Part shown: positions 29,930 through 43,922 of the stretch, in pieces | Numbering within the stretch: the first letter of the stretch is position 1 | Layout of the letters: every line of letters begins with the position of its first letter | Source: Chrysomallon squamiferum | Lineage: Eukaryota > Animalia > Mollusca | Reading direction: 5' to 3' | DNA length: 64,000 bases | NCBI GenBank assembly: GCA_012295275.1 | Contig: CM022669.1 | Span: forward strand, 12,772,001-12,836,000 | Program-made: the position numbers and the translations under genes | The notes under the pieces: model-generated | Told to the model about the DNA's origin: nothing | The model's input: only the letters and a program-made list of their open reading frames with translations | Databases searched by the model: none

Positions 29930-30260
29930 TCACTACTACTACTGTTGCTGCTGCTACTTCTGCTACTACTATCACTACTACTACTGTTGCTGCTGCTACA
30001 ACTACTACTACTATCACTACTTCTACTGCTGTTGCTGCTACTACCACTTCCACTCCCACTGTTACTGCTACTGCTGCTGCTACAAATACTACAAACTCTA
30101 CAGCTAGTATTACTAATGCCATTTCCACTGCTTCTATCATTACCATTACTACCACTAATATTAGTATCCCCACCATTACTAATATTTCTATTACCACCAT
30201 CACCATCACCATCAACACCACCACTACTATTACCATCATCATCGTCACCACTATGGTTAT
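29870..30260. repeat. Degenerate (ACT/GCT/ACC)n trinucleotide tract
   Basis: Seen directly; it produces the Thr/Val/Leu-rich spurious ORFs. Confidence 0.9.
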
Positions 30261-31806
30261 AATAAGAATAACTATTTCAATGTCACCACAGCCCGTTTCT
30301 TGTATTTATAAACTGTTAATAAATAACATATTGATATATTATATTTCAAGGAATAAAAATATTATTCATGAAAACTGATATTAATTTTAGTCCATCCATC
30401 AACGTCAAAACTGCAGTGACATCTGAGAAGAAGTAAAATAGACATTTAAGTTCATTGGCAAAGCGTCTGTCTGGATAATTCCAAGTTGGCCAGATCGATT
30501 AAATTCATTAGTTTTTGAAGCTCGTTTTTATCCAGCTCCATGGCATCTTCTGTCTTATGTAAAATAAAAAAAATAAGGTCTTCTAAAAATTGGTTTTCTC
30601 TTGCTCAGCCAACGCGTCGGAACTAATGTGTCGAGAGAGGCGAGGGTTAGGTGAATTTTTCTCTTTTGTGTGTCGCAAAACATTTCACTTTTAATACTTA
30701 CTTTTGCAGAATTTTTCAGTAAAAAAAAAAAGAAAAAAATGTTACTGAAGGAAAGATGATATGGTTAATATTTTTAATAAAATATTTTAGTTATAAGGCT
30801 TGGTTTCCTAGTTTCGCTCAGTATAGATAGATGTATGTGAATTAGGTTTTGCTTTTTTTAATTCTCTGCGTTGATGTATTTGAATTACTTCCGAATTCTT
30901 GTCTTTTTTTTCCCTCAATGCTATTAGGCGCCTTACACTGGGAATTTCGCAGATATTCACTTTTCTTACCTTTCAGCTATCACAAACTAAATTAGTCTTC
31001 GCCCCAAATATCAATGTTTCTTTATCGTAAATTGCACACATTATATATTTTCAAGGGGATGCTGTGAGACAGAGTTTTGAATGTTTTATTAATTCATCAC
31101 TATCACAACTACTGGGCAGGGTAGCATGTGTTTTCTGTATTTTTCATTTAGTTCACCATAAAGTATGGAAAACGTTAAGACAAACACTAATCAAAATTGG
31201 TTACTGCTGTTTGTTTATTCCTCTGCGAATGAGTGCATAATAATAATTTAATCTCTGAAGCCATCAATATTGCGTATACAGTTTTGCTCCAGTGTATAAC
31301 GATTCCATTGCAGTTTCCGCGTAACATAATTCACTTTTCATTTAACTTCAAAATGTTTCCGTGTTTACCTGAATATTCGTAATGTTATCATTTAATGAAG
31401 CCAACATAACTACTCTCCACCAATGATTAAAAAAAAAAAAAAATAATAAAAAAAGACTCTTGCCCTGAGGCTAGAAAGTTCTCGCATGTGAGAAGTCAAT
31501 ACCATTGTATAGAAAATAAATCTCTTTTGTGAAATAAATAACACGTTTAAGTTTAAGTGAAATCTACGTACAAAGATTTGTTTACACAGAACAAAACTTA
31601 AGACTGAATACAAACACTTCGGGTATGTAATGAAGGTGACCTGTGGAATATTTAGACAGTCTGTTGACAAAGATTGCATTCTTTTTCATTGTGTGATCTG
31701 TGTTAAGTAAAAATACATTTTATCGCCACGTTTCTCGAGTATTTCCTTACTCAACAGCAAAGAGGAAGTTTTTAGAATAAAATCGATTCAAGATTTTTAA
31801 GTGATT

Positions 31807-31838
<32 letters not shown>

Positions 31839-32169
31839 GGCTGATCATATTTATGCAGCTAAATAATTGTGTGCACTTTTATGGTATCAATGAATTTTTT
31901 CTTTTTTTTTTTTTTTATTCAGTAGTTGTATACGTTGTGATAATAACGTCTACAACTCATTGCAATAAATAAATAAATAAATAAATGAGGATAAAAATAA
32001 TTTAAAAATTAAATCAATCCGGTTTTTTTGGTACAGTTTTGGTATTCATAATGTTCAGTCATACTTGTCAAATAGATCTTACTTTTGTATACTTTCGCTC
32101 ACATTAATTTGAAATGATCTGAAATTATTGGTATATACATATGCACATCTATGTGTTTGTTTGTGTGTT

Positions 32170-32211
<42 letters not shown>

Positions 32212-32851
32212 GCTTTGAATATATGAAGGTAGCCTTAAAAACTTACTATATGTTTAATACTATATGTAATTAAATCAAAGATATTTGTTTATATAAAGCA
32301 AATACAATAAATTTAAAAAAATCAGAAACTCACTCTAGCTTCAGAAAGCCATTTTTTATATATATGCAAGTTCTTGACATATTCGCTAGATATAAAATAA
32401 TTCGGATAACTTCTAATTTTCACATGTGACTGTAGTATTAATGTACGATGTAAAGGAGAAGAAGAAGAAGAAAAAAAAAATGAAAACAAAGCAAATAAAT
32501 CAGACTTGTTATCTGGTTTTTATCATAATCAAAACAGGTTGAATTGGTACATCTGTACAATAACACAGTTCATCACATTCCACAAGCTAACGAGTTAAAT
32601 GAAAGACCACTTGAGATCACACGCTCAGTGCCAGCAGTAAACACGATGAACTGCGGTTAGCATATATCTCGCATCTTATCTTTCATTATTTCACCAGTGA
32701 TTCCGAGGATGGTTCGGCAGAGGCCAGAGGAACGTGAATTATTAATCTTTTAATCTGCGAGTGTTAAAAACACGACCACGAACGTCCTTGTGAACGGCCT
32801 GTACTCAGTGATGAAACATTAATGATGTGTAAAGGACCCTCGAACTTTATC

Positions 32852-33155
<304 letters not shown>

Positions 33156-34783
33156 GCCTATACCTCTTCATGTACTTCACAATAATGTTCTGTCTTTCTT
33201 ATTGCCTAAATACTACAAATAGACAGACAAGGAACATGTATCGAATATAACATCTCCCAAAATAAAATTATTATTCTGTTTTTATAATCATTTCTACGAA
33301 ACTCTTAACATCATTTTTATTTATGTTACTGGATATTTTCGTTTACTTTTCCTATCGTTATGATTCACTTTTTTCTATCATTTGCTTAAAAACGTCCGTG
33401 CATTAACGTAAGTAAAGAAAGTACAAATATTAACAAATTGTGATTTAATTTCCACCTAAAGAAACTAATGAAACGATATATATATATATATATAAACATA
33501 TGGTTTGCTATTTTGAAAATGAAAACCAGATCTGTTCTTAAAAAAGAAAATTGGAAAGTAACGGGGGAGGAATATCAATGAATTAAAATTGTTTAACTGT
33601 GAAGAAAGAGTAATAAACATTAAATGAATAATAATAGTAAAACACTTATAAAAAAAAAAAAAAAAAAAAAAAAATAAAACTAAGCATCGTGGGCTAACCA
33701 TAAGAAACAAAACCCAGTTGAACTGGTGGGTGGAATGACTAGTCTAAAAACAAATCAAATTATCTGCCAAAACGTGGCATTCATTTTGTCATTTATCCGT
33801 TTCAGCAAAAGAAAATACAGGTCAAAAAATTTAAAAAAAAAAATAAGGCGAAAGAAAACAAAAGAAACAAAAAGAATGAAATAAAGGACAAAATAAGAAA
33901 AAGAGAATGAAAAAAAAAAAAAAGAATAAAAAGAATGAAGAAAACAAAAACGGAAATGTAGCTCTGATATCATATTGACCGATGGCATCGTCTGATTTTA
34001 GCTGTTAGACTCTTTCTTATGAATTTATTCAGCGCATCCACACGTGATTCCTAAGGACGTCCTGCGACAAATGGGTTACCAGAACCTTTCAATTCCCCAA
34101 CGAACTTTTGTGCTCATATTTAATAAAATTAATAGAAGGCAATCATTTCCCTTATTGCTGTGATCGCAGTACAATAAACGTCAATATTAGGAAAGGCGTG
34201 ACTGGCAAATTGCTATCTATGTGACAAGAGTGTCATCTGAGAAATAGTTGTTCCAAGTCCACTCTCAGATGTAAACGCCTGTTTCTCCGCTAGCCTGGCA
34301 GTGTTTGACTCGGGGGAAATGTATCGACCTGAATTAAAGCCACGATGGTCCAGTGCACTAACACACTGCCTAGTCTGGGTGCTTTGTAGTTTGTTCTTTG
34401 AGAAAATATCTTCGGATTTGGCCGATTGTTTTAAGGTTTTTCTTTTTTTTTTTTTTTTTGACTTGGGACAAAGCGTCAATTGTAGAAAGAGCTGAAAACA
34501 TTTTTCGTTCACCGAAGCACATGCATTATTTCGTGTGTAATTAACTATTAATCGATTGATGAGAAATGCTGGTTTATATTATTATTATTTTTCATTATTT
34601 GTATTATGGTTATTGTTGTCCATGTTGGTGGAATGTGCGCTTAATTCCCGACGCCAAAATAAGCGATGCATTTTATATATTGATATTATTGTTTTCATTC
34701 TTTTCAGGTATTTTTGTGTGCCTGAAACAGGAAAATAGATGAGAGAATGGGGTAGAAAGACAGACAAACCGAGAGAGAGAGCA

Positions 34784-35116
<333 letters not shown>

Positions 35117-35547
35117 TTGGAAACATATAAACAGATAAATAAATAAATAAATTTAAAAATAAAATTTAAAACAATAAAGATAATTACATTTATTGTTAAT
35201 ATTTTAAAGTCAGACAAACAGACAAATAAATAAATAAATTTAAAATAAAATAAAAAAAAAAAAAAATAAAGATAAGTTAGCTTTCAAAGATAAATTTTAA
35301 AGGTTTTACTGATATCTCTTTGATTAACTCATTCATTTTTAAATACTATTATATCAAAATTGACGTGGAAACGAATTAAAGAAACACCAAACAAACATCT
35401 AGAGGACAAAAATAAAGATAAAAAAAAAATTAAAAAAGAATAAGAATCACAGAAAATTACTAGCTTTGTAATAAATACTAAATACGCTAACAAAGACTCT
35501 TTTTTTTTTTTTTCACCCTTTCTATTTTTGATTTGTATTTAATTCCG

Positions 35548-35582
<35 letters not shown>

Positions 35583-36090
35583 ATCATTAAATGTTTCACA
35601 TCATCATCTGTTGATCAATGGCTGAACATGAAAAGAACAGTCGACAGTTTGTATAAAATTATTTCACGGACAATTATGTTACCATCGACTGTTCGTAGCC
35701 CGTAATTCTTGCATTCAGCGCACAAAGGTTCCTCTTTGAGAAAAACAAACTCTGACTTGATGTCTCATTCACTGCCAGAACGCCAACGCTGAGTAAATTG
35801 AGCTTTAAATGTATTCGCTGTCAAGATGGTCTGCAGAAAGCAGAATAAATGACGTCTTGAATGCCCATTGCTATCTCAGAGCTAAATTAAGAATAAACTT
35901 AGAAAAGATTTCTTTTTCTTTTTTACCGTCAGACATGTACATGGATTATTTAATGGTTTTTATTTAATTGGTTCCTTATTTTTTTTCTGCTGAATTTGCA
36001 ATTTTTCAAAGGCCTTTTGGTTTTAATTTAAGTATGGATAGATTTTTATTTAAATGATTTTGTTATTGTTAGTGTTATTGTTGTTGATGC

Positions 36091-36136
<46 letters not shown>

Positions 36137-36461
36137 GTTGTTTGTCATCATCATCATCATCTTCATCATCTTTATTATTATTATTATTATTATTATTATT
36201 GTGTTGTTGTTTTCTGTATTAACAATAGCAGTAATAACACTTCCAGTAGTTGTAATAGCAAGGGTAATGATGATGATGATGATGATGATGATAATCATCA
36301 TCATTATAATAATAATTGTAGGAGTAGTAGTAGTAGTAAAACAGCAGCAATAGCGGCACGACGTTTTTAAATGCTTAAGTGTATGCAGTTTTTATTTGTG
36401 ATCTATATTCATTACTTTTTCCTGACATAGTAAAAACAGTAGATTGAGAAGAAAAGTATAA

Positions 36462-36505
<44 letters not shown>

Positions 36506-36657
36506 AAAAAGAAATAATAATAATAATAATAAAAAAATAATAATAATAAAAAAAAAAAAAAAAAAAAAAAATAAAATGACACAAAGAAAATGGACAAGAA
36601 TAAAATTCGCAGTCCCATCTCGAAAAAACAACAAAACAGATTATGTGAAGAATAACT

Positions 36658-36691
<34 letters not shown>

Positions 36692-37094
36692 TGCATTTGC
36701 AAACTAAAATGAATAATGAAAATACTGTGTTAGGGGGTGGGTGTCTTTGTGACATTGATCTATCTATCTGATAATATCAAACACTCTTCTTTCCATATTA
36801 ATCAACTGTTTCATATTTCAGCAGACACCAGAACTTGCAAATTTGTCAATAACCTTTCATTTTTTTTCTCTTTTTTTTTCTTAATATTAACAGAAAATAA
36901 AACCACCTCCGCTAAAATGAACCAAGTCCTCAAAACTACCAGATGAAATAATTTACATAATTTTTATTTTTATTATTATCTTTTATTTTTTTTTACGTTT
37001 TTTAAATGTATAAAACATTAATTTCCATTTTAACACTTATATAATATATATACATGTATGTATGTATGTATGTGTGTGTGTGTGTGTATATATT

Positions 37095-37128
<34 letters not shown>

Positions 37129-37255
37129 TATATATGTATGTATATATGTATGCATATGGTATATTTTGTTTCTCTATAAAGTATCAGTTTTTGCAGTCTT
37201 ATTAAAACACTGAGTTCTCAGCTACGACTGATTTACGTTTGTTTCTCTGTTTCAG

Positions 37256-37389
37256 ACTGCAGGGATACGTTTTATCGTAAACACAAGATACCCATCCCGC
37301 GCTTCCTGCCCGGCCCAACCAACATCACTGTAAGAGAAGGCGGCATGGCGGTTCTTCCGTGTTCAATTCATAACCTGGGAACCAAGAAA
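37256..37389 (+). CDS. Coding exon 2: start of Ig domain 1 (DCRDTFYRKHKIPIPRFLPGPTNITVREGGMAVLPCSIHNLGTKK)
   Basis: Acceptor gtttctctgtttcag and donor AAA|GTAAGT. The PxF..NITVxxG..A.LPC.I.NLG.K motif is typical of Dpr/ZIG-8 D1. Not in the ORF track. Confidence 0.93.
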
Positions 37390-37827
37390 GTAAGTTCATA
37401 GCTTTATTTCTCAGTCACGTAAATATTTGTATAATATGGTTACTGTTTTGACTGGTAAATGTTACAGTTAGCGAAGTGCAAAAAACAAATAAAAACAAAA
37501 ACATAATAATAATAAGAAAAAAAATAAATAACAAAATCTGTAAGAATATTTTTAATCAGATGGTAATTGATTTTAATGAGTGTCAAAGTGTGAATGAGGA
37601 AGAGTTAAAGGGAAACAAATTCTGAGAGAGAGAAAAGTTGAAAAAGAGTACACGGTAGGTTGATAAGTAGACCAATGAAAGACAGATAAACAGATAGGTA
37701 GGTAGAGAAAAGGATGTAAAGAGAGAGCAGACAGAGCGATACAAAGCTTGATAGGTATGTAGACAAGAGAATGTGGAGAGACACATAGAAAAATTGTATG
37801 TGAGAAAAAAAGGATACACAGAGATAT

Positions 37828-37907
<80 letters not shown>

Positions 37908-40900
37908 GGATCATTATGAAAACATTGGTGATTCAAGATATTTCATATTAGTATTCACTTCACCACTGAGAGGTGAATATCACAACAAAATATAAATTCT
38001 ACCCGTCAGAACACTGTTTTTTTGCACCACATTCATAACGCATCTAACACTACAGGTTACAAGTACGTTTGGCCATTATTTACAGTCGCTGCAAAAAAAA
38101 CGACAGCCAGCCAATGTAGCAGACTATTCTTGTAGTGGCGGCGTCAAAAGCTGTAATTTTCAAATAAATATCTGAAAACGAGAAAAAACATTAACGTCTG
38201 CGTGAGCGTCATGGAAGAGAGAAATAAGCGACCACCCATGTTCATCGTCGCTTTCATAAACCTATCATGTCAAGACAGCGTCAGACATTAGCTAAAACCA
38301 GATTATGACGTGGTAAGTGCCAGCTTCAACAGACCAAACATCTGTTGTTACTCGATACAGGCTTCCTGGTAGGGTTATGACAGTCCGAAACGAAAACTTT
38401 GTCAGTTTGGATTTGTTTTTAGCTGGTGTGTTTTTTTTTTTTTCTTCAAAGTAAAATTTAAGTAAATAAAATATTGTAATATTTTACCTATATCGAAAAA
38501 GACAAAGAAATAGCATGCAACAGTACAAAAGGACGAATATGGATTAGTAATAAAAACTGGATAGACTGTTAATGTAACAGTTACTATTTGGGCAGTTAGT
38601 GCTTTTTCTACTACTACTACTACTACTATTACTGCTGCCGCTGCTGCTACCACTACTACTAATACTGCTACAACTACGACTACTACTATTTCTACTACAA
38701 CTATAACTACTACGATGCTTAGTACTATTCCTCTTCCTTCTCCTCCTACTACTAATCCACGGTTACTGTTAATACTTCTACTGACACAATTACACAGACA
38801 AATCAAATCTAGTAAACTAAACAAATACCAAACAATTACTTTTCTTTTATTGAAAAAAAAAACATTTAACATCTATTCAGATATTATAAACATTCTTTCT
38901 GCGAGGAAAAGGAAAATACTACACACTTACATACATTCACATATACCCAACCACCTACCCAATACACTCACACACACACACAAAGATAAAGATATAAATA
39001 TGTGTGTGTGTGTGTATGTATGTATATATATATTTCAAAAGAAAAATGATAGGTTATCAGTTCATGCATATCTCTACTTTCTCTTAAGAATAATGTTCGA
39101 TATATAAATATTTCACTTGATGTTTCATATATATTTATATATATTTAATGCTGACATTATGATACTCGGTCATATCTGTAATGAAAGAAATGATATTGGT
39201 TATTAAAGACGACTGATACAAAGAGCATTATTAATACGTTTATACTGAAAGCTTTGATTCCTCAGAGTTTAGATACAACGTGTGTTATCTGTAGCATAAA
39301 TGTTTCTCTGATTACCATTCCACGCACGAAAACTAGCGATTAAAGTTGAGTGCTTTCGCTCGAAATGGTTTAAATGTTTCTTAAAAAGAACACACCTAAA
39401 AATATATTTTAATAATAATAATAATAAAAATAATACTAATACTACTACTACTACTAATAATAATAATAGTCATAATAATATTGTTGTTGTTGTTGTTACA
39501 TACACCAGATGAAAATCATTTCAACAAAATGAAATGAAAGAAATGAAATAAAATCGAAAATAAAAATAAACGAGATAAAAAGTAAAACAAACAAACAAAC
39601 ATACAAACAAGCAAACAAACATATAAATAAATGTAATAAACAAATAAATAAAGATAAGAAAATAAAAGAAAATAATAAATAATAAAAATATAAATAAATA
39701 AAACAATTTTTTTCCCTCGGTTTTTTTCTTTGTTAGTAATTCGTAAACTAAAAATAATTTCACCTAAATTTATCAAACAAACGAACTAAGTAATATAACC
39801 ACTAACAGCAGAACAAACTCAAACTACACTCATTTATTTTTCTTTCGAGCCGACTACCATAGAGACACATAACTTCCTTCAACAATACAAAAACAGTCAT
39901 CATTTAATCAAAAACTAACACATACGCGTGTGTACAACTGACATTTTTCTGCTCACTATTCTAAAACTTTACAGTAATATTAGACGTCAGTGAAAAAAAA
40001 AAAAATAATAATAATGATCTTCGACACAGAAAATAATTACGCATCTACGACGACAACATCACGTCAGTTTGATACATAAACATGCAGTATTAATGTCGCA
40101 GATTAATTACTTCTCCTTCCTCGCCATTTTGTGGATATTATTGCTCTTCTGGGATCGGTCTAAATAGATTTTAAATATAGATAAATCGTTACGGTCAATG
40201 ATCTCAGCAGTTAACAGTTACCATTGTTGCCGCATAAGCCAGTGAAACGGTCCTCGATTATGTCGGTGTAATTCAATAATGTTGTGAATGGACTATGAAA
40301 ATAAAGAAAATGATAAAAAAAGTGTTTCATAAGAAATCAATTTACCGAGATGAAAACTTTGAAATAGATATTACGAATCTGTATATAGTTAACAAGAATT
40401 AATATGTGTGTGCGTGTGTGTATATGTGTGTGTCTATTTTTATATGTGTCAGTATAAATGGTGTATGTATGTATGTATGTATGTATTTGTTTATATGTAT
40501 TTACGTTTGTATGTATGCACGTATGCATGCATGCATGTAGTTGTGTATGTATGTATCTATATATGTATGTGTGTGTGTATGTATGTATGCATACATACAT
40601 GAATGCAAGTATGCATGTAAGTATTTGTAAGTTTTACGTGGTGAAATGAAATATTTTTAACGATAAAGACAACAACACTATGTTGTTGTTTTTTTCCTGA
40701 AGACAATACATTAAAGTATTGATGCATCTGTTCATGATATCCTTAAACATGGCGTGACAACCACCGCGATTTTCTGTCACGCAAGTAGCAGTGCAGTTAT
40801 CACATTATCGATACAACTAAATCCAATAAAACACAGCCTTTTAGCTTTTAAATGGCATGATAACTGTCCATCTACTGTCCACTATTGCTAAATGAATTTA

Positions 40901-41125
40901 GCGGACAAGAAAAAGACAAATTTAAGGAATAGCTTTAGTAAGAATAATTGTGTTTTACTTTAGAAGCTAGTTGAAGAAATAGTTCGCATTAACAATTTTA
41001 GAAATTTCAACATATTCTAATACTTCTACTTCTACTACTAATGCTACTACTACTAGTACTGCTGCTGCTGCTTTTACTATAGCTATGCTAATATATCAAC
41101 TATCACTACAATTATTACTACTTCG

Positions 41126-41159
<34 letters not shown>

Positions 41160-41802
41160 TTACTACCGTAAGATTACTACTGCAATAACTACTACAATAG
41201 AAACAATAAAAAGAACTACTACTTGTTAATACTCCGATCGTCTATTTTGCTACAAAACTATCTACCGCTAGTTATAAATAAACAAATATTATATGGATTA
41301 GAAAGAATTTTTCGAAATCATGTTTTTCTTTTTATCTTATGGAAATACAAATACAGCTGTTATCTAATTTGTTATAATACAAGTTTTGAAAACGAACCAT
41401 TTTCCTTTTTCACATATAATATCGTTGTTTTTTTGTTTTTTTGTTGTTTTTTGTTTTGTTTTTATGCAAACAAATTAAGAAGTTGCTTTACTTTGGCTTG
41501 AAACCAAAACTAAGCACGTCTAGTTTATATCAGACGCATTTTTAACGTCATTGCTCAACATGAGCGAATCTTTCAATGGAAGAACTGGAAACATATTTAC
41601 ACGTTTTTTGACATGCACGGTTCCAAAAAGGATTTCCTGATAATAAATATTGTACTGATTTGTTTACTGTATGTATAAATACACTTTGGCGTATATTCCT
41701 GTTTACGACGTCCAGATAAAATGTGTATGAATGTATTTATGTGTTTATAATCAGACTGAAGCTTTAACAGCTGTAGTTGTTTATTTATTTATTTATTTAT
41801 TT

Positions 41803-41845
<43 letters not shown>

Positions 41846-42113
41846 TATTATTTATTTATTTTCTTCTTATTATTATTATCTTCTTTTATATATAAAATAT
41901 GTGGTGGATTTGTTTATAGATTATGATCTGGAACTAGCATAATACCCATGTTAACCGGTTTTTCAATTATCGCATATGTTGGTTCTTGTGTATGTTTTAA
42001 TGTAATGTAAATAAAATGTAGTAAATATTTTCTTGTTGAAAAAAAAAAAAAAACCCACAGAAAACTTTATGTTACCTGCAGGGAGCCGTTGGTTGGAATA
42101 TTAAATTATCTAC

Positions 42114-42360
42114 ATGTTTATTGAAATAATGATGATTACGATGATTGATGTTGTTCCTGAAATGATGATGTTGATGGTAATGATGATGATTATAGTGATG
42201 GCGATGATAATAGTGACATTGATGATGATTATAGTGATGACCATGATAATAGTGACACTGATGATGATGATGGTCACGATGCTAGTGATGATAATAATGA
42301 TGACAATACTGATGGTGATGATCATGGTGGTCATGGTGATAGTGACAAGATCATGATGAC
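42114..42360. repeat. Degenerate (ATG)n tract
   Basis: Seen directly in the sequence. Confidence 0.85.
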
Positions 42361-43427
42361 AACTGGTGCACTCCGAGTAATGAATTTTGCAATCCATCCA
42401 CGACGACGTAAAAGCCAAACGCAATATCGCAAGATTACTCAATCTATGGAAATGTCTTACACTCCATACTTTGCGCAGAGCAGTTTCAATCCGGGGCTCG
42501 TCCCGCGATCTCATAATCAATATGATATGACCAAACGGTTTGTTGTCACGTCTTTATGATTATCGTCGACCTTCGTGGCGAGCTGTTCAAGCGGAAATTC
42601 CGGCGTTTAGATTAACCCGCTACCCTGGCCTTTCCCTGTCCGTGTTTTCGCTCCGATCAGCGGCTCAGAAACGAATCAATTTTGCGTGAAAGTATTTTTG
42701 TTCAGAGGTTCCACAAAAGCTGGTGTTTACGCGATTTTTCTGATTTGTCATGCCATTTTCGTGGTCTCCAGGTCAGAAGTGTGATTTCCATTATCAGCAA
42801 GTTTGAATTGGTTGAAAATGAGGTATCGCAGGTCGTAGTGCTAGCTTACGACATTACCGAATGAAAATTAACACTTTGCAGAATCACGTAACTTGTGGGA
42901 TAAAGCGAAATATGTTTGCGTTTCGAGATATTAAAACATACTGCATTGGTAATGACAGTACAGTTAATAAATCATTTTGTTATGATTTAATTAAAGGAAA
43001 ATAAATATAATGACATCTGTTATAACAACGAAAAGTTCAAACGAAACTGGAATTATCTACAATTTAATTCGCTTATCTAAAGTGATATCCATCTCATTTA
43101 TATCTAATGGTAAAATTATGCAACTAGTACTGGCACTACCATCACTGCTACGACTACTACTACTACCAGTACTACTAGTACTACTACTACTACTACTATT
43201 ACTGTTAAGTCTACTATTACTGCTTCTATCATCATCGCCATCGCCGTTGTCGTGTCGTTGTTGTTGTTATTATTATTATTATTATTAAGAACAGGGGAAT
43301 GGTTATTAGTTGTAATCATTTGAAATTAGCCAGCGATAGGTTTCATGCTCTAGGGACCGATATAAATTTATTAATGGCTTATTCCCATCACAGCTTCGTA
43401 TGACCATAACGGATTTCAGAAAGAGTT

Positions 43428-43585
43428 ATTTTCGCCTTCAGATAATAAAACTTGCACTCCATCATGTAATGTGTGGCTATAAATTTGTTTGAAAAAAAAA
43501 GAAGCAATACCTCGCCTTCACTTAATATAACATGAATTCCATCATGTAATGGATGGACATAAAACGTTTTTTCTTTGCCTTCAGT
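43428..43585. repeat. Diverged ~80-bp tandem duplication
   Basis: tcgccttca...tccatcatgtaatg...ataaa occurs at ~43432 and ~43512, with a partial third gccttcag at ~43577. Confidence 0.6.
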
Positions 43586-43842
43586 TCATTTTTATCCTCA
43601 TTCGATAATGTCTGTGCGTTTTCAAATGACTGAACATATCGTGTTTGAAAGTAATCGTCGACACAAACTGCATCCAGAATGATAGGGTGATGTGCATTAA
43701 GATAATCTCTAATAATCCCTAATGAATCCACAGAGATGTGAACGAGGTCACTGATAGTGGATCTCTGGATAACAAGATTATCTGTAATAAGACGTTAAAG
43801 TGGAAAACAACAGGCAGTAATTTTGATGTAAATGAAGGCACA

Positions 43843-43922
<80 letters not shown>

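Noticed and set aside
29763-30378. Thr-rich mucin-like ORF (179 aa) and overlapping Val/Leu-rich ORFs
   Set aside because: Translations of an (ACT)n-derived tract, open in several frames on both strands, with no splice support.
43522-43731. 69-aa minus-strand ORF with natural-looking composition
   Set aside because: No ATG start, no recognisable domain, and its end lies in a local tandem duplication.
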